64,000 bases of DNA from an uncultured Anaerolineaceae bacterium (GCA_964435005.1 CAYSXA010000001.1:2237-66236); one strand, 5' to 3'. Counted from the first letter of the stretch, positions 9,954 through 19,435 are shown. Notes: generated by a model not told the origin, from the sequence alone. A program made the numbers and translations.

Positions 9954-10047
9954 GAACGCGGATTGTGCGGATCGAACGGATTCCCACGGATCAAAATCGA
10001 AAAATTACTTTCTGTGGAAATCCGTCGTATCCGTCTTATCCGCGTTC
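9954..10047. repeat. 94-nt imperfect palindrome built from periodic CGGAT / ATCCG pentamers
   Basis: CGGAT at 9959, 9968, 9977, 9987 and mirrored ATCCG at 10020, 10029, 10038. Outer arms GAACGCGGAT (9954-9963) and ATCCGCGTTC (10038-10047) are perfectly complementary. Confidence 0.8.
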
Positions 10048-10122
10048 CGTGTTCACTCGACCGATTGCCGCCTGAGCAGTTACTCGATTTTTGAAAAGCC
10101 CTGAGAGGGAAACCATCCGCAA

Positions 10123-10175
10123 GACAAACGAGACAGATGTCCTGTCCAAAAAACGGGACATCTGTCTCGTTTGTC
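10123..10175. other. Perfect 20-bp stem / 13-nt loop hairpin of unknown function
   Basis: GACAAACGAGACAGATGTCC (10123-10142) pairs with GGACATCTGTCTCGTTTGTC (10156-10175). The loop is A-rich. No U-tract on either side. Confidence 0.8.
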
Positions 10176-10337
10176 GTGGGTAACTGGATTGCAACGCCCC
10201 ATAGACCAGATTTAGACCTCTTTTCGGTATGGTTAAGGTGTGATTCATCTGCGTTTAATCTGCAGGAGGTGAACCGATCGATACCGTACAGGTTTGATGT
10301 CCCGTACCCCAAGATCTGATTGAGGAGGAAGTGTGAG

Positions 10338-12665
10338 ATGAAAGCGCATAAAACCTGGTTCTGGACGGCTGTGATCCTCGTAGCACTGGTCGCCGGGCTG
10401 GTGGGTACCGCCCTGGCGCATGGCGAGGTTCCTGGCATCGTCCGTGGTGCCCAGATGTACGATAACTGGTGGAAGACGTTGGGCGTGGAAGCGCCCACCG
10501 GCAATCACCCGTTGTATCCTGCCGAGGGCAAGAAGAGCGGTGCAGAGACCTGGCGCTGCAAAGAGTGCCACGGTTGGGATTACATGGGCAAAGACGGTGC
10601 GTATAGTGAAGGCTCCAGCCATTACACCGGCATCAAGGGCGTGATGGACGTGGCTGGTCAACCGGTGGAAGAGATTGTGAAGTGGCTGGACGGCACGAAT
10701 AACCCGGATCACAACTTTGCCCAGTTCTTCAACGATGAGCAGGCGGTGATCGACCTGGCGACTTTCCTGAGCGAAGGTCTGTTCGATGCCAGCCAGATCA
10801 TCGACTATGCCACCAAGGCCGCGATCAGCGGCAACGCCGAACACGGCAAGGAGTTGTTTGAGACCTGCGCGGCCTGCCACGGCGTGACGGGTCAACAGCT
10901 CAATTTTGGCTCTGACGAAGATCCCGAGTTCGTTGGAACTGTGGCGTCAGGCAATCCGTGGGAGTTCCTGCACAAGGTGCGCGCCGGCCAGCCGGCTACT
11001 GAGATGCCGGCGGCGCTGGCTCCCAACTCGCCCACCGGCACCTGGACGGCGCAGGACTTCGCCGACCTGATCGCTTACGCCAGCACGCTACCCACGGAAC
11101 CGATCAAAGGGAACGTGCCGCGCGGCGGTCTGCTGTATGACAAGTGGTGGAAGGTGATTGGCGCGGATGCCCCGACCGAGACCCACCCGCTGTATCCTGC
11201 CGAGGGCAAGAAGAGCGGCGCGGACACCTGGCGCTGCAAGGAGTGCCACGGCTGGGACTACAAGGGCAAGGACGGCGCCTACGGCGAAGGCTCCAGCCAC
11301 TACACCGGCATCAAGGGTGTAATAGGCGTGGCTGGTCAACCGGTGGAAGAGATCGTCAAATGGCTGGACGGCACGAACAACGCCGACCACGACTTCTCGA
11401 CGGTGATGAGCGCCACTGACCTGGAAGACCTGGCGGCCTTCCTGAGCGCCGGCCTGGCGGACGACGCCCTCGTGATTGACTACGCCTCCAAGGCCTTCGT
11501 CGGCGATGAAGAAGAGGCCATGGAAGAGGGCGAAGAGCTCTTCGAGGCGGTTTGTGCTGCCTGCCACGGCATGGACGGCACGGCGATCGTCTTTGGCGAC
11601 GAAGAAGAGCCGGAGTTCATCGGTACAATTGCCAACGACAATCCGTGGGAGTTCATCCATAAAGTGCGCTTCGGTCAGCCCGGCACGGAAATGCCTTCGG
11701 GTTACGCCGCTGGCTGGGGGCTGGACGAGGCTGCTGATGTCTGGGTGTACGCCACGACGCTGCCCACGGAGAAGGTCGAGGTGGCCGGTGACGTGGTACG
11801 CGGCGGTGCGATGTATGACAAGTGGTGGAAGGTGCTCGGCATCGACCCGCCGGAAGGCGATATGCCGCTTTGGGCTACGCAGACCACGAACACCCGCTCC
11901 GGTGCGGACACCTGGCGCTGCAAGGAGTGCCACGGCTGGGACTACAAGGGCAAGGACGGCGCTTACGGTGAAGGCTCCTCTCACTACACTGGCTTCCCCG
12001 GCGTGCTGGGTGTATCCGGTCAGCCGGTAGAGGAAATCGTTAAATGGCTGGACGGCACGAACAACGCCGACCACGACTTCTCGGCCTGGATGAGCGAGAC
12101 CGATATGGCCGATATGGCTGCCTTCCTGAGCAGCGCACTGATCGACACCAACGCGGTTATCGACCCGGAGACCAAGGCGATCAAAGGCGACGTTGATGAG
12201 GGCAAGGAGTTGTTCGAGGCGGTCTGCGCTGCCTGCCATGGCCCGGATGGCACGGCGATTAACTTCGCAGCGCCCGATGAGGAGGAGTTCATCGGCACGA
12301 TTGCCAACGACAATCCGTGGGAGCTCCTGCACAAGGTGCGCTTCGGCCAACCAGGCGAGGAGATGCCCGCTGTGCTCGACCCGAACTCCGCGACCGGCGC
12401 CTGGTCGTTGGAGGAGATCGCGGAGGTGATGGCCTACGCGCAGACGCTGCCTGCCGGTGCAGGTGGCGAGGAGAAAGAGGCCACGGTAGAAGCGCCCACA
12501 CAGGCGCCTGAACCCACCAAAGCCCCTGCTCCGACCCAGGCACCTGTGCCTACGGAAGTGCCCGCACCAGCACCCTCAGGCGGCAACACGGGCCTGATCG
12601 TCGGCGCGATCATCCTGGTGGTGATCATCGTCGGCGGCGCAGTGTGGTACTCGCGCAAGAAGTAG
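10338..12665 (+). CDS. Hexahaem c-type cytochrome made of three tandem dihaem modules, with secretion signal, Pro/Thr-rich linker and C-terminal TM anchor
   Basis: SD GAGGAGGAAG plus ATG 10338. Signal WFWTAVILVALVAGLVGTALAHG. Three WRCKECHGWDY motifs and three CAACHG motifs. Linker APTQAPEPTKAPAPTQAPVPTEVPAPAP. C-terminal helix LIVGAIILVVIIVGGAVWY-SRKK. Confidence 0.85.
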   Translation: MKAHKTWFWTAVILVALVAGLVGTALAHGEVPGIVRGAQMYDNWWKTLGVEAPTGNHPLYPAEGKKSGAETWRCKECHGWDYMGKDGAYSEGSSHYTGIKGVMDVAGQPVEEIVKWLDGTNNPDHNFAQFFNDEQAVIDLATFLSEGLFDASQIIDYATKAAISGNAEHGKELFETCAACHGVTGQQLNFGSDEDPEFVGTVASGNPWEFLHKVRAGQPATEMPAALAPNSPTGTWTAQDFADLIAYASTLPTEPIKGNVPRGGLLYDKWWKVIGADAPTETHPLYPAEGKKSGADTWRCKECHGWDYKGKDGAYGEGSSHYTGIKGVIGVAGQPVEEIVKWLDGTNNADHDFSTVMSATDLEDLAAFLSAGLADDALVIDYASKAFVGDEEEAMEEGEELFEAVCAACHGMDGTAIVFGDEEEPEFIGTIANDNPWEFIHKVRFGQPGTEMPSGYAAGWGLDEAADVWVYATTLPTEKVEVAGDVVRGGAMYDKWWKVLGIDPPEGDMPLWATQTTNTRSGADTWRCKECHGWDYKGKDGAYGEGSSHYTGFPGVLGVSGQPVEEIVKWLDGTNNADHDFSAWMSETDMADMAAFLSSALIDTNAVIDPETKAIKGDVDEGKELFEAVCAACHGPDGTAINFAAPDEEEFIGTIANDNPWELLHKVRFGQPGEEMPAVLDPNSATGAWSLEEIAEVMAYAQTLPAGAGGEEKEATVEAPTQAPEPTKAPAPTQAPVPTEVPAPAPSGGNTGLIVGAIILVVIIVGGAVWYSRKK
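10428..12455 (+). repeat. Intragenic triplication (about 680 nt per unit): R1 10428-11108, R2 11109-11786, R3 11787-12455
   Basis: Protein-level repeat (RGxxMYDxWWKxLG...WRCKECHGWDYxGKDGAY.EGSSHYTG...VEEIVKWLDGTNN.DH.F...CAACHG...NPWE..HKVR.GQP..EMP). R2 and R3 share perfectly identical DNA runs at 11223-11278 = 11907-11962 and 11358-11399 = 12042-12083, both at an offset of 684 nt. Confidence 0.9.
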
Positions 12666-12694
12666 CCTGAGGCGCTTCGTGCGTCTGCTAACTC

Positions 12695-12729
12695 AAGACC
12701 TGTCAGGCCTCACTGACCTGACAGGTCTT
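12695..12729. terminator. Bidirectional terminator hairpin between the convergent cytochrome gene and rdgB
   Basis: 13-bp stem AAGACCTGTCAGG / CCTGACAGGTCTT with TTT on the + side. It overlaps the rdgB stop codon (12710-12712). Confidence 0.7.
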
Positions 12730-13306
12730 TGATTATCGGGATCGCTGCGCGCAAGGCGCGTCCCCGGTGGCTGATCTGGTTCTTCTCCGCTGGTGGAATT
12801 TCCGCCATGGTCTGGCCGCGGTCGGGTAGCAGGAAGATCGGATCATAGCCGAAGCCGTGAGTGCCGCGTTCTTCCGGGATGATCTCCCCCGGACACACCC
12901 CTTCGGCAAAATGCACTATGCCGTCTGGCGTGGCGATGGCCACCACGCAGCGAAAACGGGCTGTCCATGGGCGGGGGTGGGGATGCAACCGGTCGATCAA
13001 CAGGCGACGCCGGTCGGCGTCCGTGGCGTCCGGCCACGGGGCAAAGCGCGCCGAGTGCAGGCCGGGCGCGCCGTCCAGCGTGTCCACCTCCAGGCCGGAA
13101 TCGTCGGCCAGGGTGATCAGTCCGGCGGCCTGGGCGTAGGTCAGTGCCTTTTTCGCCGCGTTCTCGCGGTAGGACTGGCCGTCCTCAGTCACGGTGAGGT
13201 GCAGCCCCAGGTCAGATGGGGTAAGCAGATCAAACCCATGAGGGGAGAGCACGGCGCGGATTTCGCGGATCTTGCCGGGGTTTTGAGTGGCGATCAGGAC
13301 AGGCAT
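12710..13306 (-). CDS. rdgB: Non-canonical purine NTP pyrophosphatase (RdgB/HAM1 family, dITP/XTP)
   Basis: MPVLIATQNPGKIREI..., ...DDSGLEVD.L.GAPG..SAR..., ...GFGYDPIF..., ...ISHRGRAL: classic Ham1/RdgB motifs. 198 aa. Confidence 0.9.
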   Translation of the reverse strand: MPVLIATQNPGKIREIRAVLSPHGFDLLTPSDLGLHLTVTEDGQSYRENAAKKALTYAQAAGLITLADDSGLEVDTLDGAPGLHSARFAPWPDATDADRRRLLIDRLHPHPRPWTARFRCVVAIATPDGIVHFAEGVCPGEIIPEERGTHGFGYDPIFLLPDRGQTMAEIPPAEKNQISHRGRALRAAIPIIKDLSGQ

Positions 13307-13346
13307 ATTTGAACTCCTTTGGTTTGGATATTATGTATTATTTCTC

Positions 13347-13375
13347 TTGACGATACCTGCTATGCATGTTATAAT
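13347..13375 (+). promoter_or_regulatory. Near-consensus sigma-70-type promoter for yceD-rpoD
   Basis: TTGACG (13347-13352), 17-nt spacer, TATAAT (13370-13375), in an AT-rich island within an otherwise GC-rich window. Confidence 0.7.
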
Positions 13376-13432
13376 GAGGTCACTTTTTAGAAAATATTTT
13401 GCAAGCATATTTTGCAAACATAGTGCCCTTCC

Positions 13433-13966
13433 GTGAAACTTCCTGCTTCCCTCCTCCGCATCAACGTGGGCTTCATCGCCCATGAGAACGTTGGCTACTC
13501 GCGAACCTTCCCCTTTGAGTTCCCGGAACTGTTCCTGCCGCCCGATCTGGATGTCTGGCGTCTGGCCGGACAGGCCAAGTTCAGCCGCACGGCCCGCGGT
13601 CTACTCGCTGAGGTGATCGCTGAGGCACACATTCAGGCGGAATGCGTGCGTTGCCTGGAGCCATTTCGCCTTCGGTTGCACGTTGAGTTCTCCGAACTGT
13701 ATGCCTTCAACCATAAGACGGTGACGGAAGCCGGCTTGATTTTACCGGAAAACGGCTTTGTGGACCTGGCACCATTGCTGCGTGAGTACCTCTGGCTGGC
13801 TGTGCCGATCAACCCGATCTGTCACGCTGGTTGTGCTGGCTTGTGCCCGGAGTGTGGCGAGAACCGCAACCGGGTGGATTGTGGTCATTCCGCCGCGGGT
13901 GTGGATCCGCGCCTGGCGGCGTTGCGATCCCTGTTACACCCAGATGACAAAGCATCAGCCGAGTGA
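13433..13966 (+). CDS. yceD: YceD/DUF177 family protein (large-subunit rRNA accumulation protein)
   Basis: GTG start. C-terminal Cys motif [17 protein letters not shown]...CGH is typical of DUF177. 177 aa. Confidence 0.75.
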   Translation: MKLPASLLRINVGFIAHENVGYSRTFPFEFPELFLPPDLDVWRLAGQAKFSRTARGLLAEVIAEAHIQAECVRCLEPFRLRLHVEFSELYAFNHKTVTEAGLILPENGFVDLAPLLREYLWLAVPINPICHAGCAGLCPECGENRNRVDCGHSAAGVDPRLAALRSLLHPDDKASAE

Positions 13967-15147
13967 CATCGAGGAGCGTACTTATGGATGATCAGGGGTC
14001 CCCGGTTCCATTGGATGCGCGTTTCCTGCAGTTGTTAGAGCAGGCGGAAACGCAGGGTTTCCTCACCACGGCGGAGCTGGACGCCTACTTGCAGAGCGAC
14101 GAGGATACGCTGGACGTCCCGCTGGAGGATCTGGTGGCGTATCTGAGTCGTCTGGGCGTGGATGTGGTCGATGAGGAGGAGCCCTTTCACGGAGCCGAAG
14201 TGCCACCTGAAGAAGCACCGTTCAGCCTGGATCACGTGCACGTCGATGACACGGTAGGGCTGTACCTCAAAGAGATGTCGCGCGTCCCGCTGCTCACGAA
14301 CGAGGAAGAAGTGGAACTGGCAAAGCGCATCGAGCGCGGGCGACAGGCGCAGGCCGAGCTGCAAACGCTGGATCGCCGTCAGACGGCGCGCCGTCGTGAG
14401 CTGGAAGCCCTGGTGCGGGACGGATTGGCCGCGCGAGACCACCTGATCAAGGCGAACACCCGCCTGGTGGTCAGCGTGGCCAAGCGCTATGTAGGGCGTG
14501 GCGTGCCTTTCCTCGATCTGATCCAGGAAGGGAACCTGGGCCTGATGAAGGCGGTTGAGAAGTTCGATTACCGCCGTGGCTTCCGCTTTTCCACCTACGC
14601 CACCTGGTGGATCCGCCAGACTATCAGCCGCGCGATCGCTGATCAGGGGCGCACCATCCGCGTGCCAGTGCACATGTCGGATCGCATCCGCCAGATGTAT
14701 CGCAAGAGCCACGAGCTGGAACAGGAGTTGGGCCGTCCGCCGACCAGCGAGGAGCTTGCGGAGGCGCTGGGTGTTACGGTGGATCGCCTGGAATGGATGC
14801 AACGGGTGGCCATGTTGCCGCTCTCGCTCGAAAGCCCGGTGGGGGATGACGAAGACTCCAGCGAGCTGGGGGCGTTTGTGGAGGATGTGGACACGCCCTC
14901 GCCGACTCAGGTCACCTACCAGAACATGCTGCGCGAAAAGATCGAGCAGGTGTTGAGCACCCTTTCGCCGCGTGAGGCACTGGTGCTGCGTATGCGTTAT
15001 GGCCTGGACGACGACCGGCCGTATACCCTGGAAGAGGTGGGTCAGAAGTTTGGCCTGACGCGGGAACGCATTCGCCAGATTGAGGGCAAGGCGCTGCGGC
15101 GGTTACGCCATCCCAGCCGCGCGCGCCAGTTGAAGGGATACCTCTGA
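13963..15147 (+). CDS. rpoD: Primary (group 1) RNA polymerase sigma factor
   Basis: Acidic region 1, then regions 2-4 ([53 protein letters not shown]; [29 protein letters not shown]). GTG 13963 overlaps the yceD stop. ATG 13984 is an alternative start. Confidence 0.92.
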   Translation: MTSRSVLMDDQGSPVPLDARFLQLLEQAETQGFLTTAELDAYLQSDEDTLDVPLEDLVAYLSRLGVDVVDEEEPFHGAEVPPEEAPFSLDHVHVDDTVGLYLKEMSRVPLLTNEEEVELAKRIERGRQAQAELQTLDRRQTARRRELEALVRDGLAARDHLIKANTRLVVSVAKRYVGRGVPFLDLIQEGNLGLMKAVEKFDYRRGFRFSTYATWWIRQTISRAIADQGRTIRVPVHMSDRIRQMYRKSHELEQELGRPPTSEELAEALGVTVDRLEWMQRVAMLPLSLESPVGDDEDSSELGAFVEDVDTPSPTQVTYQNMLREKIEQVLSTLSPREALVLRMRYGLDDDRPYTLEEVGQKFGLTRERIRQIEGKALRRLRHPSRARQLKGYL

Positions 15148-15174
15148 CTGGTTGACGGTTCCAGTCGGTACGGG

Positions 15175-15200
15175 GCGCACCGCCTGGTGCGCTTGTTTGC
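15175..15200 (+). terminator. Putative terminator after rpoD
   Basis: GCGCACC-GCCT-GGTGCGC, then TTGTTTGCTT. Confidence 0.5.
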
Positions 15201-15219
15201 TTAAATGTGACCTTTTTGC

Positions 15220-15228
15220 TGATATAAT
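15220..15228 (+). promoter_or_regulatory. Extended -10 promoter element (TGaTATAAT) immediately upstream of moaA
   Basis: TG at 15220-15221 and TATAAT at 15223-15228. The moaA ATG is at 15235, only 6 nt downstream, with no SD. Confidence 0.55.
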
Positions 15229-15234
15229 GACCGC

Positions 15235-16218
15235 ATGGCACTTGATCGATTTGGGCGACGCATCCATTATCTGCGTATCAGCCTGACGGATCACTGCAAC
15301 CTGCGTTGCGTGTATTGTATGCCGGAGGACATCACTTTTCGCCCCAGGGCGGAACTGATGCAAGATGACGAAATTCTGTTCTTTGTGCACCTGTTCGCAT
15401 CCCTGGGGTTCGATAAAATCCGGCTGACGGGCGGCGAACCCACCGTGCGCGCCAATGTGGTTTCGTTGGTGCGGGGAATTGCGCATACGCCGGGAATCCG
15501 TACGGTGACCATGACCACCAACGGCGTATTGCTGGGGCGCCTGGCGCGTCCGCTTAAAGAGGCCGGCTTGCATCGGGTGAACATCAGCCTGGACACGCTC
15601 GACCCGCAAAAGTTCCGCCGCCTGACGCGTTGGGGGAACCTGGAAGACGTGTGGAACGGCATCCGTGCGGCGGAAGAAGCCGGGCTGACGCCGATCAAAA
15701 TCAATGTGGTGGTGGTGCGTGGTTACAACGATGAACAGGACGTGATGGACCTGGCGCGGATGACGCTGGAACATCCCTGGCAGGTGCGCTTTATCGAGAT
15801 GATGCCTTTCGCTGGTGTGACCGGAACGCAAATCCAGCAACTGGTGACTGCCGATGCCCTGAAGCAACGTATCCAGGATACGCTGGGGCCGTTGGAGCCG
15901 GTGAACGGCGGCGCGCTGGACGGCGAGGCGCGGCTATACCGCCTGCCGAACGCGCGCGGCGACCTGGGTTTCATTTCTTCAGTCACCCAACCGTTTTGCG
16001 CCGCCTGCACTCGCGCCCGCCTGACCGCGGACGGTCACCTGCGCCTGTGCCTGCTGCGGGAGAAGGAAGTGGATTTGCTCACGCCACTGCGCCAGGGCGC
16101 GAGCGCAAACGACCTGGCTGACCTGATTCGCACCGCGTTGTGGGAGAAGCCGTGGGGGCACCGTCTGTCCGATGGGGATATCCCGCTCAACCGCACCATG
16201 AGTCAGATCGGAGGGTAA
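15235..16218 (+). CDS. moaA: GTP 3',8-cyclase (molybdenum cofactor biosynthesis protein A), radical SAM
   Basis: HYLRISLTDHCNLRCVYCMP radical-SAM motif. C-terminal CAACTRARLTADGHLRLCL second-cluster motif. 327 aa. Confidence 0.93.
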   Translation: MALDRFGRRIHYLRISLTDHCNLRCVYCMPEDITFRPRAELMQDDEILFFVHLFASLGFDKIRLTGGEPTVRANVVSLVRGIAHTPGIRTVTMTTNGVLLGRLARPLKEAGLHRVNISLDTLDPQKFRRLTRWGNLEDVWNGIRAAEEAGLTPIKINVVVVRGYNDEQDVMDLARMTLEHPWQVRFIEMMPFAGVTGTQIQQLVTADALKQRIQDTLGPLEPVNGGALDGEARLYRLPNARGDLGFISSVTQPFCAACTRARLTADGHLRLCLLREKEVDLLTPLRQGASANDLADLIRTALWEKPWGHRLSDGDIPLNRTMSQIGG

Positions 16219-16940
16219 TGATGGAACCCATCCGCGCGGTACTCTTCGACCTGGACGGTACGCTGCGTTTCCATCGCCCCGGTGCGCTGGAGGCGATTTA
16301 CGACTTCGCCCGCGATCTGGGTGCGCCAGTATGCACCGATTGCCTGCCCGCTGCGACGCGCTGGTCGCATGCCTATTGGGCTTCTTCGGACGAACTCGCA
16401 GCCGATGTGGCCCGCTTTGGTGAACTTAGCGCTGACTTTTGGGTTCACTTCACGGCTCGTTTCCTCATCGCGCTGGGGTGCCCACCCGAAATCGCTGCTG
16501 AGGTCGCTCCACAGGTGCGGCAACGCTTTGAGAGCGACTGGCAGCCGGAGGATCATGTGATGCCTGGCGCTTTGGAGACGCTTTCTACACTGCGGCAACG
16601 TGGTCTTACGGTGAGCGTGGTCACCAATCGACGACAGGCGGTGGACGAGTATCTGCGCGAATTGGGGTTGGGTGATCTGGTGGACTATGCGCTGGCCGCA
16701 GGCGAGATCGATGTGTGGAAGCCTCACCCGGATATCTTCCACCATGCGCTGAAACGCATCAGTGTCTCCCCGGCACATGCGCTATTTGTGGGAGACAATT
16801 ACTATGCCGATGTGGTTGGGGCGCAGCAGGCTGGTCTGCGGGCGGTGCTGATGGATCCGAAGGGGATTTTCCCTGATGCACCATGTCCCGTGGTGCATCG
16901 GTTGGAGGATGTGGTTCCGCTGGTCGAACAATCGTTGTAG
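16218..16940 (+). CDS. HAD-superfamily hydrolase (subfamily IA, phosphatase-like)
   Basis: AVLFDLDGTL (motif I), VVTNR (II), K...GDNYYADVVGA (III/IV). ATG 16218 overlaps the moaA stop. The ORF-track start at 16140 lies inside moaA. Confidence 0.8.
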   Translation: MMEPIRAVLFDLDGTLRFHRPGALEAIYDFARDLGAPVCTDCLPAATRWSHAYWASSDELAADVARFGELSADFWVHFTARFLIALGCPPEIAAEVAPQVRQRFESDWQPEDHVMPGALETLSTLRQRGLTVSVVTNRRQAVDEYLRELGLGDLVDYALAAGEIDVWKPHPDIFHHALKRISVSPAHALFVGDNYYADVVGAQQAGLRAVLMDPKGIFPDAPCPVVHRLEDVVPLVEQSL

Positions 16941-17045
16941 CCGCATCCTGTGGTTGCCGGTATCTGCAGTTCCCTGCTTGTTGCTCAACCTGATAGTTTT
17001 TGAAAGGTCTTCGCCCTAAAATGGGGGTAGCACTATGGAGGAGCA

Positions 17046-18332
17046 ATGATCTCATCACGGATCCCTGGCTTTTACAAGTTGTCGCTGGAAGAGCGGCAGA
17101 AAATCATGGCGCAACTGGGGTTGCTGAGCGCGGAGGAACTAGCGGCGCTGACGGGTTCGGCGCCGCTTTCGCCGCAGCAGGCCGATTACATGATCGAGAA
17201 CGTGGTCGGCACGCACGCGCTGCCGCTGGGCATCGCGCTGAATTTTGTGATCAACGGGCGCGATGTCCTGGTGCCCATGGCGGTTGAGGAGCCGTCCATT
17301 GTGGCTGGTGCGTCATTCATGGCGAAACTGGCACGCGCAGGCGGCGGCTTCCAGGCGCATACCACCCCGCCGGAGATGATCGGCCAGATGCAGGTGCTCG
17401 ACGTGGCCGACCTGCACGCGGCGCGACTGGCGGTGCTCGAAGCGCGTGACGACCTGCTTGCCGAGGCTGCAGAGATCGATCCGGTGCTGCAGCGGCTGGG
17501 TGGCGGTCCGCGCGACCTGGAGGTGCGGCTGATCGAGGATTCGCCCATCGGTCCATTTCTGGTGGTGCACCTGATCTACGACGTGCGCGACGCGATGGGT
17601 GCCAATGCGGTCAACACGGCCTGTGAGCGACTGGCGCCGCGCATCGAGCGGCTGACAGGGGGGCGAGTGCATCTGCGCATTCTCTCTAATCTGGCCGACC
17701 GACGTCTGGCGCGCGCCCGCTGCACCATTCCCCTGAATCAACTGGCCTTTGGCGAGTTTTCTGCCGAGGAAGTGCGCGATGGCATCGTGGCTGCCTGGGC
17801 GTTCGCGGCAGCCGATCCATACCGCGCGGCCACACACAACAAAGGCATCATGAACGGCGTGGACGCGGTGGTGATCGCCACCGGCAACGACTGGCGAGCA
17901 GTGGAGGCCGGCGCACATGCTTACGCTGCCCGTAGCGGGCGCTATACCTCGCTTTCCACCTGGGGCGTGGATGCGGACGGCAACCTGGTCGGCACGCTGG
18001 AAATGCCGCTTGCTGTGGGCATCGTGGGCGGCGCGACCCGTGTGCACCCCACCGCCCAGGCGGTGCTCAAACTGATGGGTGTGACCACTGCAGAACACCT
18101 CGCTGAGATCATCGTCTCGGTGGGTTTGGCGCAGAACCTGGCTGCCTTGCGTGCCCTGGCGACCGAAGGGATCCAGCGCGGACACATGCGGTTGCACGCT
18201 CGCCAGGTTGCCATTGCCGCCGGTGCTCAAGGCAATCAGATCGACGCTGTGGTGGCACGCCTGGTCGAATCGGGCGTGATCCGGTTGGATCGGGCGCAGG
18301 AGATTTTGCGTGAGATCGCAGATGGACAATGA
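17046..18332 (+). CDS. Class II HMG-CoA reductase
   Basis: 428 aa. [38 protein letters not shown] and DAMGANAVN motifs of class II HMGR. SD GGAGGAG. Confidence 0.88.
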   Translation: MISSRIPGFYKLSLEERQKIMAQLGLLSAEELAALTGSAPLSPQQADYMIENVVGTHALPLGIALNFVINGRDVLVPMAVEEPSIVAGASFMAKLARAGGGFQAHTTPPEMIGQMQVLDVADLHAARLAVLEARDDLLAEAAEIDPVLQRLGGGPRDLEVRLIEDSPIGPFLVVHLIYDVRDAMGANAVNTACERLAPRIERLTGGRVHLRILSNLADRRLARARCTIPLNQLAFGEFSAEEVRDGIVAAWAFAAADPYRAATHNKGIMNGVDAVVIATGNDWRAVEAGAHAYAARSGRYTSLSTWGVDADGNLVGTLEMPLAVGIVGGATRVHPTAQAVLKLMGVTTAEHLAEIIVSVGLAQNLAALRALATEGIQRGHMRLHARQVAIAAGAQGNQIDAVVARLVESGVIRLDRAQEILREIADGQ

Positions 18333-19423
18333 CTACGTCAGGTAATGGAGCAAAAGAAATGAACCAGCCTTCCCTGTTGAAGCCTGCCCATCCTGTTGGT
18401 ATTGTGGGCTACGGCGCATATGTGCCGCGATACCGCCTGCCAGCGACCGAAGTTGCGCGGGTGTGGCGAGAAGGCCACGGTGGCTTACCGGTACAGGAGA
18501 AATCAGTACCCGGCATGGACGAAGACGTGATCACCATGTCGATCGAAGCGGCGCGCAACGCGCTTAAACGGGCGCAGATCCCGGCGCACGAACTGCGCGC
18601 GGTGTGGGTAGGCTCGGAATCCCATCCCTACGCAGTGAAGCCGACCGGTACGATCGTGGCTGAGGCCATCGGCGCGGCGCCACACGTCCAGGCCGGTGAC
18701 TGGGAGTTTGCTTGCAAGGCTGGCACGGAAGCCATAGTGGCTGCCATTGGCCTGGTCGGCTCGCGCATGGCGCGCTATGCGATGGCCATTGGCATGGACA
18801 CCGCCCAGGGCCGCCCTGGCGATGCGCTGGAATACACGGCAGCTGCGGGCGGCGCGGCTTACATCCTTGGCCCTGCGGAAGAGGCGCTAGCTGAGATCGA
18901 GTGTACATACTCGTTTGTGACCGATACGCCCGATTTCTGGCGCCGCGCTTATCAGAAGTATCCGGAGCATGGAATGCGCTTCACCGGCGAGCCAGCGTAT
19001 TTCAAACACATTACCTCGGCAGCGAAGACCATCATGGAAGCCACCGGTACCACGCCGGCAGACTTCCGTTACGCGGTCTTCCATCAGCCGAACACCAAGT
19101 TCCCTACCCGTGTGGCGAAGCAACTGGGCTTCAGCATGGAGCAGATCGAACCGGGGCTGCTGGTGCCTGTGATCGGCAACACCTACTCCGGCTCGGCGAT
19201 CATCGGCCTGACGGCTATTCTGGATGTGGCTGAACCGGGGGATCGCATTCTGCTGACTTCCTTCGGGTCAGGCGCCGGTTCGGATGCCATGATCATCCGC
19301 GTGACGGACAAACTGCCGGAGCGCCGCGATCTGGCGCCTAAGACCCAGGATTACATCCGTCGCCGCACGCCGATCGATTACGCGATGTATGCCCGCATGC
19401 GTGGCATTCTGACGTTGAAATAA
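18329..19423 (+). CDS. HMG-CoA synthase, archaeal-type
   Basis: [15 protein letters not shown]..., [60 protein letters not shown] overlap with the reductase gene. Confidence 0.85.
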   Translation: MTTSGNGAKEMNQPSLLKPAHPVGIVGYGAYVPRYRLPATEVARVWREGHGGLPVQEKSVPGMDEDVITMSIEAARNALKRAQIPAHELRAVWVGSESHPYAVKPTGTIVAEAIGAAPHVQAGDWEFACKAGTEAIVAAIGLVGSRMARYAMAIGMDTAQGRPGDALEYTAAAGGAAYILGPAEEALAEIECTYSFVTDTPDFWRRAYQKYPEHGMRFTGEPAYFKHITSAAKTIMEATGTTPADFRYAVFHQPNTKFPTRVAKQLGFSMEQIEPGLLVPVIGNTYSGSAIIGLTAILDVAEPGDRILLTSFGSGAGSDAMIIRVTDKLPERRDLAPKTQDYIRRRTPIDYAMYARMRGILTLK

Positions 19424-19435
19424 GGGAGGTAAACC

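Noticed and set aside
10097-10120. CTGAGAGGGAAACC, resembling the TPP riboswitch UGAGA core
   Set aside because: The remainder of the TPP aptamer (the ACCUGAUCUGGAUAAUGCCAGCG-like segment) is absent, and the downstream gene is unrelated to thiamine.
15148-15234. Moco riboswitch upstream of moaA
   Set aside because: Only 87 nt are available, and these are already occupied by a terminator hairpin and an extended -10 element 6 nt from the ATG.
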